From: Alphaproteobacteria bacterium
Lineage (GTDB): Bacteria; Pseudomonadota; Alphaproteobacteria; Bin95
NCBI GenBank assembly: GCA_964291285.2
Contig: OZ219785.1
Location: 1 to 64,000, forward strand
DNA: 64,000 nucleotides
Direction of reading: 5' to 3'
In this document: piece after piece, positions 29,908 to 40,014 of the stretch
Layout of the letters: every line of letters starts with the position of its first letter
Position numbering within the stretch: the first letter of the stretch is position 1
The notes under the pieces: model-generated
Seen by the model: only the letters and a program-made list of their open reading frames with translations
Database searches by the model: none
What the model was told of the DNA's origin: nothing
Translations under genes and position numbers: made by a program

Positions 29908-31921
29908 CCCGACTTCCGCAACTCGGGGGTCATGAGGATGCTAACTCATTGAATAGCCTTGATCGTCTCCCCGAGGGTCGGCACTACAAGGCGGCGAACG
30001 GAGAGGCGGCGCCGTGTGCCGTCAGGCGGAGATCCGGGGTGCGGGTTGCTGCGGCCAGGTCATGCCGAGCTGTTGCAGCAGTAGCTCGTGCTCCTTGTTC
30101 GGCCGGGTGTGGCGCGGCAGGACGAGGTGCCGGCCGTCGGTGGTTGGCAGATGGACGTCCACCATCTGGATGGTGGCGAAGGCCTCAAGGATGGCGCGTG
30201 GGGTGAGGCCCGGGGCGCGCGGCCGGGCGAGGTTCTTCAGGGTCACCAGCAGGCAGTAGGCGATGAACGAGACGAAGATATGCGCCTCGATGCGCTCTTG
30301 GCGCTGATGGAAGATGGGGCGGATCGCGAGGTCGTGCTTGAGTTCCTTGAACGCCTGCTCGATCTCGACGAGCTGCATGTACAGATGCCACAGCGTGGCG
30401 GGGTCTTCGGCGACCATGTTGGATCGCAGCAGGTAACGGCCCTCGCGGCGGCGGACCTGGCGCAGCCGGTCGCGCTGCAGGCGGAATGAGAAGCCGTTGG
30501 CGGCGAGTTCGCTGTCGGTCCCGGGCACGGTGATGTCGACCAGGCTCCAGGCCCGGCCGGCCTCCTTCCTGGCGGCGCCGAGCTTGAGCAACAACTGATC
30601 CCGGCTGTTCGACTGCCCTTGCAACTCGGCCAATCGACGCCACAGCCTCTTCAGCCGGCGCCGGCGCATGCCGCGTTCCTTCACCTGCCGCCCCTCGCTG
30701 CGCACCAGGACGTAGAGCTCGCCATCCTCGACCAGAAGCTTGACAGTCACGGACTGGCGCACCTCCTGCCAGGGCAGGCCCAGGAACACCTTCTCGAGCC
30801 GCGTCAGCCGGCCCTTGGGCGTGCCCACCAGGTAGCGCACCGGCGCCTCGCCCTCGCGCATCGCGGCCAGCGTCTCCTCGGTGGGGATGCCGCGGTCCAT
30901 GATCCACACCCGCTCGGAGCGGCCATACTGATCCTCGATCTTCTTGAGGAACGCCGCCAGCGTGGTGTCGTCGGAGGTGTTGCCCGGCATCACCTCATAG
31001 GCCAGCGGAAAGCCCTGCGGCGTAACGATCAGGGCGATCACCACCTGCACGCAGTCGGGCCGCTTGTCCCGGCTGTAGCCGAAGCGGCGCTTGTCATCGA
31101 ACGGCGGATCGCTCTCGAAGTAGGTCGAGGTCAGGTCGTAGAGCAGCACGTCGAAGCGCGCCTCGAACAGCGTCGCCCAGCGGTCGCGCAGAAACGAGAA
31201 GAAGCCCTGCTTGTGCGCCAGCAGCTTGTCGAGACAGCGATAGAGTGTGTCGTCGGCGATCGCCCGCTCGCCACCCAGAAGATCGCGAAGCGCGCTGTGC
31301 TCATACCAGTGACGGTGAAGGCGCCACTCGCTGCCCGGGTCGATCAGCCGGTAGCAGACCTGGATCTTCAGGATGTCCAGCCACCGCGTGCCTTGCCGGC
31401 TCGCCGGCAGCCGCTCTTCCCAGAAGCGGTCCAGGTCCAGGCGGTCCCACAAGGACAGCGCCAGCCAGCACGCCCCCCACTGGCGCGGGTCGTGAAGCGC
31501 CACCTGCGAGAGGTCGATCTTCACCACTTCGCAAGTCAGCGCCGGCGCCTCCCGGTCCTCGGGAAACAGCGCCATCTGCCGTGATCGCGACTTGCCCTCC
31601 ACCACCTCGATCGAGCGGCACCACGCCGCTCGCTGGCTGTCGTTGATCTCCCCGAGATAGAGCACCTGACGCTGAACAACCCGACCGCCGTGGACCCGGA
31701 CGTTCTCCACAACGCTCCAGTAGCGGTGCTCCTTGCCGTCCTTGAAGCGTCTCTTGCAGCGCACGAACATCAGCGCAGCGTCCGGATCTTCGCCAGCCCG
31801 ATCAAGGGGGTAGGTCGGCACTACAAGCCGGTCCCGAGAGGTACTGCACCGAAATCCGACACTTCTCGCGCCGGAAAACCGTCAAATCAGTCGATTCTCA
31901 AGCCGAGTTGCGGAAGTCGGG
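29908..31921 (-). mobile_element. IS1634-family insertion sequence, apparently complete
   Basis: 19-bp TIR CCCGACTTCCGCAACTCGG at 29908-29926 and 31903-31921; CTAC duplicated at both flanks. Confidence 0.92.
30022..31770 (-). CDS. IS1634 transposase
   Basis: LYDLTSTYFE, GYSRDKRPDCVQ, MDRG, IEQAFKELK, IEAHIFVSF. Confidence 0.95.
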   Translation of the reverse strand: MFVRCKRRFKDGKEHRYWSVVENVRVHGGRVVQRQVLYLGEINDSQRAAWCRSIEVVEGKSRSRQMALFPEDREAPALTCEVVKIDLSQVALHDPRQWGACWLALSLWDRLDLDRFWEERLPASRQGTRWLDILKIQVCYRLIDPGSEWRLHRHWYEHSALRDLLGGERAIADDTLYRCLDKLLAHKQGFFSFLRDRWATLFEARFDVLLYDLTSTYFESDPPFDDKRRFGYSRDKRPDCVQVVIALIVTPQGFPLAYEVMPGNTSDDTTLAAFLKKIEDQYGRSERVWIMDRGIPTEETLAAMREGEAPVRYLVGTPKGRLTRLEKVFLGLPWQEVRQSVTVKLLVEDGELYVLVRSEGRQVKERGMRRRRLKRLWRRLAELQGQSNSRDQLLLKLGAARKEAGRAWSLVDITVPGTDSELAANGFSFRLQRDRLRQVRRREGRYLLRSNMVAEDPATLWHLYMQLVEIEQAFKELKHDLAIRPIFHQRQERIEAHIFVSFIAYCLLVTLKNLARPRAPGLTPRAILEAFATIQMVDVHLPTTDGRHLVLPRHTRPNKEHELLLQQLGMTWPQQPAPRISA

Positions 31922-31951
31922 CTACGGTTCCGCGCGCGCTCCCCGGAATCC

Positions 31952-33178
31952 CTATTCACCCTCCGGCGGGGGAGAGAAACGGTCCCGGAGGCGGTTCATG
32001 GCCCTTTCGTTCACCGCGAAGGCCATGAGCAGGCCGCTCGCCAGCACGGCGCCGGCCAGCAGAAAGGAGAGCGCGCCATAGCCGAAATGGGCAATCAGCG
32101 CGCCTCCGATCGCCGCGCCTGCGGCAGTGCCGCCCCAATTGCTGCTGGATATGACGCCTGCGAACGCGCCGCGGGAATCGCCCCCGTTCTCGGTGATCAG
32201 AATCGAGAGAACGGTGGTGACGGGAACGACCAGCAACATGAAGAGGCCTGCCGCCGACCCCGAGAATTAGGTTCCCCAGCCCAGGAGGAATATGCCCAGC
32301 GCCGGCGCGGCGGCGGCGAGCAGCAGGGCGGCCGTAATGCCGAGCCGCCTGCGCATGCGCCCTATCCTTCCGGCCAGCAGCGGCGCCACGGCCATCCAGA
32401 GGGCCACTGCCGCCATGGGCAGCCCGACCTCCGCAGTTCTGAGGCCGTAGGTCAGGATCAGATAGGGCGGCAGGAAGGTGAGAACCGCCCCCCAGGCGCC
32501 GCGGGCCAGCACATTCGTGCCGGCCATGCACCAGGTGACCCGGAATGCGGCGACCCTCATCATCCGTCCGGCCAGGTTCGCGCGGCTTGCCGGCGGCCGG
32601 CGGTGCGGCACGAGCAGGAGGAGCAGCAGCGCAGACAGGAGCAACACCAGCCCCAGCGCCAGGAAGGGAACGCGCCAGCCGGCGAAGTCGCCGACCACGG
32701 CAGCCAGAGGGACCCCCAGCAGGATGCTCATTCCGGGCTGCATGGTCAGGGTCGCGATGGACCGGGGCTGGCGGCTGTGCCCGATCAGATCTCCGACCAG
32801 CGCAATGCATGTCGGGGGCACCATGCCGCCGCCGACCCCGACCAGCAGGCTGAAGCCCAATGCCGCGGCGAATGTCGGGGCGAACGCGATGCCGAGCGAC
32901 CCGGCCGCCAGCAGGCAGAGCCCGACAAGCAGCACCGGCTTGCGTCCGTATGCGTCGGAGACGGGCCCTGCCACCAGGGCCGTCACCGCCCAGACCGCGG
33001 CGGCCGCCGTGACGAGCTGGCCCGCAAGGGGAACCGTGACGCCAAGCGCCCCGGCCATGTCCACGAGCAGCGGCCCCAGCATCGCCACCGCCGTGACTAC
33101 CAGGAACACGGCAAGCGCCATGCTGCCCATCAGCAGCGGGTAGGCTTTTTCGTCACCGGAATCGCGTAACGCAGACAT
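31952..33178 (-). pseudogene. MFS transporter (DHA1-like) split by an in-frame TAA
   Basis: ORFs 32267-33178 and 31952-32239 share a frame; TM sequence continues across TAA at 32267-32269 (GWGT*FSGSAAGLFML). Confidence 0.8.
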
Positions 33179-33268
33179 TGGTTCCGTATGAGCCGCGGGG
33201 CCTTGGCGCCTGGGCCTGTCCGGCCCCGCTCGTTCCCCGGGACGGACCCCGGATTATGGCACAGCGAT

Positions 33269-34273
33269 TCAGGCGCCTCCGCCCAGTCCCGCCAGCAGGG
33301 TTTCGCGGGGCAGGCCGCGGGTGATGAAGACGAGGCGCGAGCGGCGGTCCTCGTCCGGCCATGCGTCCATGCGCGTCGGCGACTGGAAGATGTGCTGCAC
33401 GCCGTGGACGACCACCGGTCCGTCCTCGCCCTCCAGGTTCAGGATTCCCTTGACCCGCAGCAGCTGCCTGCCATGGCGGTTGCGCAGGTCGGCCAGCCAG
33501 CGCGAAAACGCCAGCCAGTCGACGGGCTCTTCGAAGACCAGCGACACCGTGTCGATGTCGCTGAGGTCGTGGCCGTGCTCATGGTCGTGCCCGTGCGCGT
33601 CCTCCTCTTCGCCCGCGAGGCCGAGCCAGCTTGCGTCGGCCGTGTCGAGGCCGAAGAGGAAATCGGGCGGCACCGCGCCCATCGCCGCCTCGCGCCGCTC
33701 TGCGCCGGGGGCGAGGCGGTCCAGCAGTTCGACCAGCGCTTCCGGCGCGGCATCCTCGCGGTCGCATTTGGTCACCACGATGCGGTCGGCAAGCGCCACC
33801 TGTTTCACGGCCTCCGGCTGGTCGCGGAGATGGCCCGGCCCGAGCACGCCGTCCACCGTCGCCGCGACGCCGTCCAGCCGGTAGAAATTCGAGACCAGCG
33901 GATTGTTCAGCAGCGTCTGTGCGATGGGTGCGGGGTCCGCAAGGCCTGTCGTCTCCACCGCCACCCGCTCGAAAGGCGGCACCTCGCCGTCCCGCCGGCG
34001 GGCCAGCAGGTCGCGCAGCGTCTCCTCCAGGTCGGAGCGCAGCTGGCAGCACACGCAGCCGCCGTTCACCACCATGGTCTCGCCGTCCACCGCCTCCACC
34101 AGCAGGTGGTCGAGCGCGATATCGCCGAACTCGTTCACGATCACCGCCGTGCCGGCCATGGCGGGGTCGCGCAGGAGCGCGTTCAGCAGGGTGGTCTTGC
34201 CGCTGCCGAGGAAACCGGTCAGCACGGTGACCGGGATGCGCGCCTCCGGCGCGTGGGCTTCGAAAAGACTCAT
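33269..34273 (-). CDS. COG0523/CobW-family metallochaperone GTPase
   Basis: [26 protein letters not shown], His-rich [15 protein letters not shown]. Confidence 0.93.
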   Translation of the reverse strand: MSLFEAHAPEARIPVTVLTGFLGSGKTTLLNALLRDPAMAGTAVIVNEFGDIALDHLLVEAVDGETMVVNGGCVCCQLRSDLEETLRDLLARRRDGEVPPFERVAVETTGLADPAPIAQTLLNNPLVSNFYRLDGVAATVDGVLGPGHLRDQPEAVKQVALADRIVVTKCDREDAAPEALVELLDRLAPGAERREAAMGAVPPDFLFGLDTADASWLGLAGEEEDAHGHDHEHGHDLSDIDTVSLVFEEPVDWLAFSRWLADLRNRHGRQLLRVKGILNLEGEDGPVVVHGVQHIFQSPTRMDAWPDEDRRSRLVFITRGLPRETLLAGLGGGA

Positions 34274-34702
34274 CGGCTGTGCTTTTTCTCGTTTGCCTCT
34301 CTTGACCTGCCGGCGAACCGGGGCACAGGATACAGTCCTACAATTACCGGAACCGCCGCAAGGGGAGTGAATCACATGATCTTCAGCAAGTTCGAGTCGC
34401 TGCCGGCGACGGCCGATATCGAGTCGCCGGACCGTCGGAGTTTCATGCGGACTGCGGCCGTCGGCGCGGGCGCCGTGGCGGCTGCCGGCGCGGCGATGAC
34501 CGGCGGCGGCGTCCAGGAAGCCAGGGCGGACAGCCACATGACGCCCATCGGCGAGAAGTGGTGGCCGTCGCGCTGGGGCGAGGGCGACCAGGCGGGCGCC
34601 TCCAACTGGATGACGCCGGAGAAGACGCTCGACGCGGTGAAGTGGATCAAGAACGGCAAGATCACCCGCATCGGGCGCGACTACGAGCCGAGCATTCCCT
34701 TT

Positions 34703-35729
34703 CCTGCTTATTCTCAAGGATCATCCTGCAATGAGTAGTTGATATGGGATGGGTTGTGTTCTGACGGCGCTGTGAAGGAAGCGTGGGATCATGGAGTTGA
34801 GTTGGTATCGTCGGTTGTATCGCCATGCGAAGCTGGCGAGGTAGCGTTCGGCATGGTCGGGACCGAGCTTTCGGTAGGTTCCGGCGATGGCGCTCTTGAT
34901 GTTGCCGAGGGTCGTGTTGACCCATTTGAAGGGGGCCATGCGGGCTGCCCGGCGGCCTGAGCCGGTACGGATGGCGCTGTGGCTTGCGGCGATGCCGTCG
35001 AGGGCGTTCCAGCAGTGCAGGGCATCGGTGACGACCTCCGTCCCCGGGGCCAGCCAGCGTTTGGCGCCGCGCGCGATCTCGCGCTTGCGGAAGCCCCTGA
35101 CCGGGACGAGCTTGACCTTGCGCGGAGCCCCTTCGGCGCTGGTCGAGACCGCCGCCACGAAGGGCGTCTTGCCCGGCGCGCCCCGGCCGCGCTTGCCGCC
35201 GGAGCGCGACCCGCCGAGATAGGCGTCGTCCATCTCGACCCGTCCTTCGAGCCGCGTGTCGGCTTCGCGCCGGGCCATCACCGCCATGATCTTCTGCTTC
35301 ATGCTCCAGGCGGTCGGCTGCCTGACCCCGAGGCGGCGACCGAGTTCCACCGACGAAATGCCGTTCTTCGCCGTCACCACAAGGTGGATCGCCGCAAACC
35401 ACAACGTCAGGGGCAGCTTGGTCGAGTGGAAGATCGTCCCCGACGTCACCGAAACCTGCTTCTTGCAGCGGTTGCACTGGTAAAGCCTGCGCCCGGCAAG
35501 AATGCAGTGCCCCCGATGCCCGCAGGAGCCGCACTCGAAACCGTTCGGCCAGCGCAATCGGGCTAGCACCGCCCGGCACTGATCCTCCGTGCCGAACGAC
35601 GCTCGGAACGCATCGTCGCTCAAGCCACGAACACGCGATGCAACCTTGAATGCCATATCCATGACCTCCCGATAACAGAAACCCTTCCAAACCTACAATC
35701 TCACAAGATGACTCTCAAGAATAAGCAGG
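34703..35729 (-). mobile_element. IS1595-family insertion sequence (1027 bp)
   Basis: TIR CCTGCTTATTCT / AGAATAAGCAGG; 8-bp TSD TTCCCTTT at 34695-34702 and 35730-35737. Confidence 0.95.
34721..35662 (-). CDS. IS1595 transposase
   Basis: Zn ribbon CGSC..CNRC, VEMDDAYLGG, VVTD, F.WRYNRR. Confidence 0.93.
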   Translation of the reverse strand: MDMAFKVASRVRGLSDDAFRASFGTEDQCRAVLARLRWPNGFECGSCGHRGHCILAGRRLYQCNRCKKQVSVTSGTIFHSTKLPLTLWFAAIHLVVTAKNGISSVELGRRLGVRQPTAWSMKQKIMAVMARREADTRLEGRVEMDDAYLGGSRSGGKRGRGAPGKTPFVAAVSTSAEGAPRKVKLVPVRGFRKREIARGAKRWLAPGTEVVTDALHCWNALDGIAASHSAIRTGSGRRAARMAPFKWVNTTLGNIKSAIAGTYRKLGPDHAERYLASFAWRYNRRYQLNSMIPRFLHSAVRTQPIPYQLLIAG

Positions 35730-36495
35730 TTCCCTTTTTCGGCCCGCGCGGCTTCGCGCTCCGCATCCCCGGCGGCCCGACCGGCGGCCCGTTCGGCGAG
35801 AACATGCTCGTCTATAACGACGAGTATCTCGCGACCGAAATCGGCCAGGTGGGCACGCAGTTCGACGGACTCGGCCATATCGGCGCAATTGTCGGCTCGA
35901 CGACCGACAAGGCCGACCACCGCTACTATAACGGCTTCACCGGGGCCGAGGTCGAGGGCGCCTACGGGCTCCAGAAGATCGGCATGGAGCATGTCAAGCC
36001 GTTCTTCACCCGCGGCCACCTGATCGATGTGAAGCCGCAGCAGGCGTGGGACGTCGGCAACGAGATCACCCCGGCGCATGTCGATACCGCGCTCGCCGCC
36101 CAGGGCATGTCGCTCGACGACATCAAGGAAGGCGACGCCGTGTTCTTCAACACCGGCTGGGGCGACCTCTGGATGAAGAACAACGACCGCTTCAACTCCG
36201 GCTGCCCCGGCATCGGCATGGATGTCGCGAAGATCCTGGTGGACAAGGGCATCTGCGTCGCCGGCGCGGACACCTGGCCGGTCGAGGTGGTGCCGAACCC
36301 GGACCCGAAGAAGGCGTTCGTGGTGCACAACGAGCTCATCACCCGCAACGGCATCTACATCCACGAGAACCTGATCTTCGACGAGCTGATCGCCGACGGC
36401 GCGTACCAGTTCGTCTATGTGTTCGCGCCGCTGCCGATCAAGGGCGGCACCGGCTCGATCGGCAATCCGGTCGCGATCACCTGATCCGGCGTCTT

Positions 36496-36530
36496 TCCCG
36501 CGGGCGCGTCGCCGCCCGCGGGGACTTTTC
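36496..36530. terminator. Hairpin terminator between the convergent cyclase and fumA genes
   Basis: CCCGCGGGCG stem followed by a T-run. Confidence 0.6.
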
Positions 36531-36538
36531 CCTTCCGC

Positions 36539-38149
36539 TCAGATCCCGGCGAAGAAGTCGTTGCCCTTGTCGTCGATGACGATGAAGGCGGGGAAGTCCT
36601 CGACCTCGATACGCCAGATCGCCTCCATGCCGAGCTCGGGATATTCCACGACCTCCACCCTGCGGATATGGTCCTGGGCAAGCCGCGCCGCCGAGCCGCC
36701 GACCGAGCCCAGATAGAAACCGCCATGCGCCTTGCAGGCCGCCGTCACCTGCGCGGAGCGGTTGCCCTTGGCGAGCATGACATGGCTGCCGCCGGCGGCC
36801 TGGAAGGCGTCCACGAAGGCGTCCATGCGCCCGGCCGTGGTCGGCCCGAACGAGCCGGACGCCATGCCCTCCGGCGTCTTGGCGGGGCCGGCATAGTAGA
36901 TCGGATGGTCGCGGAAATAGTCCGGCATGGCTTCGCCCGCCACCAGCCGCGCCTCGATCTTCTGGTGCGCGAGGTCGCGGGCCACCGTGATCGGGCCGGT
37001 CAGCGCAAGCCGGGTGCGGATCGGGTGGCGCGAGAGTTCGGCCCGGATCTCGTCCATCGGCCGGTTGAGGTCGAGCGCCACCTCCTCGCCGCCGAGCATG
37101 TCCGCGTCCGTCTCCGGCAGAAAGCGCGCCGGGTCGCGTTCCAGCGCCTCCAGGAAGACGCCGTCGCGGGTGATCCTGGCCAGCGCCTGGCGATCGGCCG
37201 AGCAGGACACGCCAATGCCGATCGGCAATGAGGCGCCGTGGCGCGGCAGCCGTACGACGCGCACGTCGTGGCAGAAATACTTGCCGCCGAACTGCGCCCC
37301 GATGCCCATGGCGCGCGTCGCCTCGAGGATTTGCTCTTCCATGCCCCGGTCGCGGTAGGCGAACCCATGCGGCCCGCCCTCCGTCGGCAGGCCGTCGAGA
37401 TAGCCGGTGCTGGCGAGCTTCACAGTCTTCAGGTTGAGCTCCGCCGACGTGCCGCCGATGGTGACCGCCAGGTGGTATGGCGGACAGGCGGCGGTGCCGA
37501 GCGTGCGGATCTTCTCGTCGATGAAGGCGAGCAGCCGGTCCGGATGCAGGGTCGCCGGCGTCGCCTGGTAGAGGAAGGACTTGTTGGCCGACCCGCCGCC
37601 CTTGGCGATGAACAGCAGCTCGTATTCCTCGCCCGGCGCCGCATAGAGGTCGAACTGGGCCGGCAGGTTGGAGCCGGTGTTGCGCTCCTCGAACATGGAG
37701 ACGGGCGAGAGCTGCGAATAGCGCAGATTGTCCTCCGTGTAGGCGCGGAAGATGCCGCGCGAGAGCGCCTCCTCGTCGCCGCCGCCGGTCAGCACCCGCT
37801 CGCCCTTCTTGCCCATGACGATGGCGGTGCCCGTGTCCTGGCACATGGGCAGCACGCCGCCAGCGGCGATGTTCGCGTTCTTGAGCAGGTCGAGCGCGAC
37901 GAAGCGGTCGTTGGGCGAGGCCTCGGGGTCGTCGAGGATCGAGGCGAGCTGCGCCAGATGGCCGGGCCGCAGCAGGTGCGAGATATCGTGGAACGCCTCG
38001 CGCGCAAGCAGGGTCAGCGCTTCCGGATCGACCGAGACGAAGTCCCTGTCCCGGAGCCGCTCGACGGAGACGAAATCCCCCTCAAGCCGGCGCCACGGGG
38101 TGGCGCCCTTGGCGAGCGGGAACATCTCGTGGAAGGCGAATTCGGGCAT
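36539..38149 (-). CDS. fumA: Class I fumarate hydratase
   Basis: [41 protein letters not shown]. Confidence 0.95.
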   Translation of the reverse strand: MPEFAFHEMFPLAKGATPWRRLEGDFVSVERLRDRDFVSVDPEALTLLAREAFHDISHLLRPGHLAQLASILDDPEASPNDRFVALDLLKNANIAAGGVLPMCQDTGTAIVMGKKGERVLTGGGDEEALSRGIFRAYTEDNLRYSQLSPVSMFEERNTGSNLPAQFDLYAAPGEEYELLFIAKGGGSANKSFLYQATPATLHPDRLLAFIDEKIRTLGTAACPPYHLAVTIGGTSAELNLKTVKLASTGYLDGLPTEGGPHGFAYRDRGMEEQILEATRAMGIGAQFGGKYFCHDVRVVRLPRHGASLPIGIGVSCSADRQALARITRDGVFLEALERDPARFLPETDADMLGGEEVALDLNRPMDEIRAELSRHPIRTRLALTGPITVARDLAHQKIEARLVAGEAMPDYFRDHPIYYAGPAKTPEGMASGSFGPTTAGRMDAFVDAFQAAGGSHVMLAKGNRSAQVTAACKAHGGFYLGSVGGSAARLAQDHIRRVEVVEYPELGMEAIWRIEVEDFPAFIVIDDKGNDFFAGI

Positions 38150-38160
38150 GTGCGCGCCCC

Positions 38161-38649
38161 TTATTTCTTGCGGAACCGGTCCAGCGAGACGACATTGCCG
38201 TCACCACCGCCTTCATCCCCCTCGGCGCCGGCGGCGGGCTCCGCGGCACCTTCGGCGGCTTCCTCTTCTGCGGCCGACAGCACGGGCTCGACGCCCTGCC
38301 GGGAGAAGCGCAGGCCGAAATCCACCGACGGGTCGTGGAACACGGTCACCGCCTCCCAGGGAATGTGCAGGCGCTCCTGCACGCGGTTGAAGGACAGTGT
38401 GACCTCGAAATGGGTCGAATGGACATCCAGCCCGTAATACTGGTGCTGGAGCACGATGGTCATCGTTTCGGGATATTGGGAGACGAGGCGCGGCGGCACG
38501 GCCACGGCCGGATGGCGGGTGAGGAAGGTGATGTAGAAATGGTGGTTGCCGGGCAGGCCCTTCTCGGCCACCTCGGTGAGCGCGCGCCGGACCACGCTGC
38601 GCATCGCGTCCTCGACGAGCCGGTCGTAATCAAGAAAGTCCTCGGCCAT
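38161..38649 (-). CDS. sspB: ClpXP adaptor SspB (alphaproteobacterial type)
   Basis: [21 protein letters not shown]-terminal [11 protein letters not shown]; adjacent to ssrA. Confidence 0.93.
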   Translation of the reverse strand: MAEDFLDYDRLVEDAMRSVVRRALTEVAEKGLPGNHHFYITFLTRHPAVAVPPRLVSQYPETMTIVLQHQYYGLDVHSTHFEVTLSFNRVQERLHIPWEAVTVFHDPSVDFGLRFSRQGVEPVLSAAEEEAAEGAAEPAAGAEGDEGGGDGNVVSLDRFRKK

Positions 38650-38676
38650 TGTTCCCCCGTCGCGCCCAGCGGTGCG

Positions 38677-38935
38677 GATGGAGGGCTTCTGTTGCCCGGT
38701 GCCCTCCAAACCGCGCTTGCCGAATCAGCGATCAGGCAGCGAGTGCGACCTCATTGTCGTTCGCACTTGAGTTGCGGCCCGATAACGGTGGTACCATGCC
38801 GAGCGAAGACCATGCCTTTACCGCGCACGTCGATCCTGGTTCGCCCCCGCATATGGTGGAGGCGCCGGGTACTGCCCCCGGGTCCGCAACGCTTATTCCG
38901 CATGGCGTTTATCGCCATAGCCGGGCATGCCCAGC
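38677..38935 (-). ncRNA. ssrA: tmRNA, circularly permuted two-piece form; tag ANDNEVALAA
   Basis: Acceptor end CCCGGCGCCTCCACCA (to 38854) followed by GGGGGCGAACCAGGATCGAC (from 38848); tag frame 38764-38732; outer ends approximate. Confidence 0.93.
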
Positions 38936-39036
38936 GCTCCCAATATAGGACGGAAGGCCCCGCCGGGCAATCGCGAACGGACTTCCCTCTGAGCACAATC
39001 CGGTATAGCGAAGGGCGGGGAATGCGGAGGTCGGAG

Positions 39037-39843
39037 ATGGGTTCCAAAGGCGGCGGAGGACACATTGCCGGGCTCGCATTGCTGCTGGCCGCCGTTGCGG
39101 CCGAAGCGGCGGCCGGCGGAATTGCGCCGCACCGGGCGCTCTATGAGGTCGGGCTGGTCAGCGCCGACCCGTCTTCCGGCATCGACGCGCTGTCGGGGGC
39201 GGCCGTCTATGAATGGTCGTCCGGCTGCGACAGGATCGTCGTGAACCGCGAGACCCGGCTGTCGGTCCGGCCGCCGGACGGGGCGCCGGTCTCCGTCCGG
39301 GTCGAATTCTCCGCCTGGGAGCAGTTGGACGGCCTGGCCTACGGCTTCGCCGGCAGGACCGTCAGGAACGGCCTCGAGACCGAGGCGCGCAGCGGCACGG
39401 CGCGCCTCGCGGCGGCGGGCGGCGGCGGCGAGGCCGAATACAGCCGGCCGCGCGGACGCCGCCTCCCCCTGGAGCCGGGCACGATGTTTCCCGCTGCCTG
39501 GGTCCGGAGCGTCCTCGACCATGCCAGGGCCGGCAAGGGCCTGCTGACAGGCAGCGTGTTCTTCGGCGAGGACGATGACGCCCTGTTGACGGCAAGCGTG
39601 CTGGTGCTGCCGGAGCACGCGGCAGGCGACGCCCCGGAGGCACCGGAGGCGTTGCACGGCCTCGCCCGCTGGCGCGCGCAGTTCGCCTTCTTCGACGCGG
39701 ACGAAGAAACGCTGCCCGCCTTCGAGTCGACCGAGTGGTTCTATGAAAACGGCGTCGGCGGCGATGCCGTTCTCGCCTTTCCCGAATTCACGATCCGTTA
39801 CCGCCTGAGAGGTGTAAAACTCCACGATCCGCCGGACTGCTAA
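39037..39843 (+). CDS. eipB: EipB/DUF1849 cell-envelope integrity protein
   Basis: Signal peptide, PHRALYEV.L, conserved Cys pair, C-terminal PPDC, YENGV. Confidence 0.75.
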   Translation: MGSKGGGGHIAGLALLLAAVAAEAAAGGIAPHRALYEVGLVSADPSSGIDALSGAAVYEWSSGCDRIVVNRETRLSVRPPDGAPVSVRVEFSAWEQLDGLAYGFAGRTVRNGLETEARSGTARLAAAGGGGEAEYSRPRGRRLPLEPGTMFPAAWVRSVLDHARAGKGLLTGSVFFGEDDDALLTASVLVLPEHAAGDAPEAPEALHGLARWRAQFAFFDADEETLPAFESTEWFYENGVGGDAVLAFPEFTIRYRLRGVKLHDPPDC

Positions 39844-40014
39844 TGCGGCATTCGTTCGGATCGGGCGGGATACATTGTGCCCATCCCGCGCATCGTATAG
39901 GCTTCGGCCTGGCCCTTTTCGGGAACGTCCTCTTGATTTGGATTCTGTGGGCACGAAGCGCGCGGTCCGGGTTGTATTCCCGCCAGGGCATGTGCGGTTA
40001 GCGGCGCCGGTCCC

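Larger units (their letters stand above)
34376..36484 (+). pseudogene. Tat-exported cyclase / kynurenine-formamidase-like metal hydrolase interrupted by IS1595
   Basis: DRRSFMR Tat motif, [24 protein letters not shown]; removing the IS restores YEPSIPFFGPRGF. Confidence 0.9.

Noticed and set aside
38677-38935. tmRNA as integration site for the downstream clusters
   Set aside because: No duplicated tmRNA 3' end was seen, and the flanking sspB and eipB are core genes.
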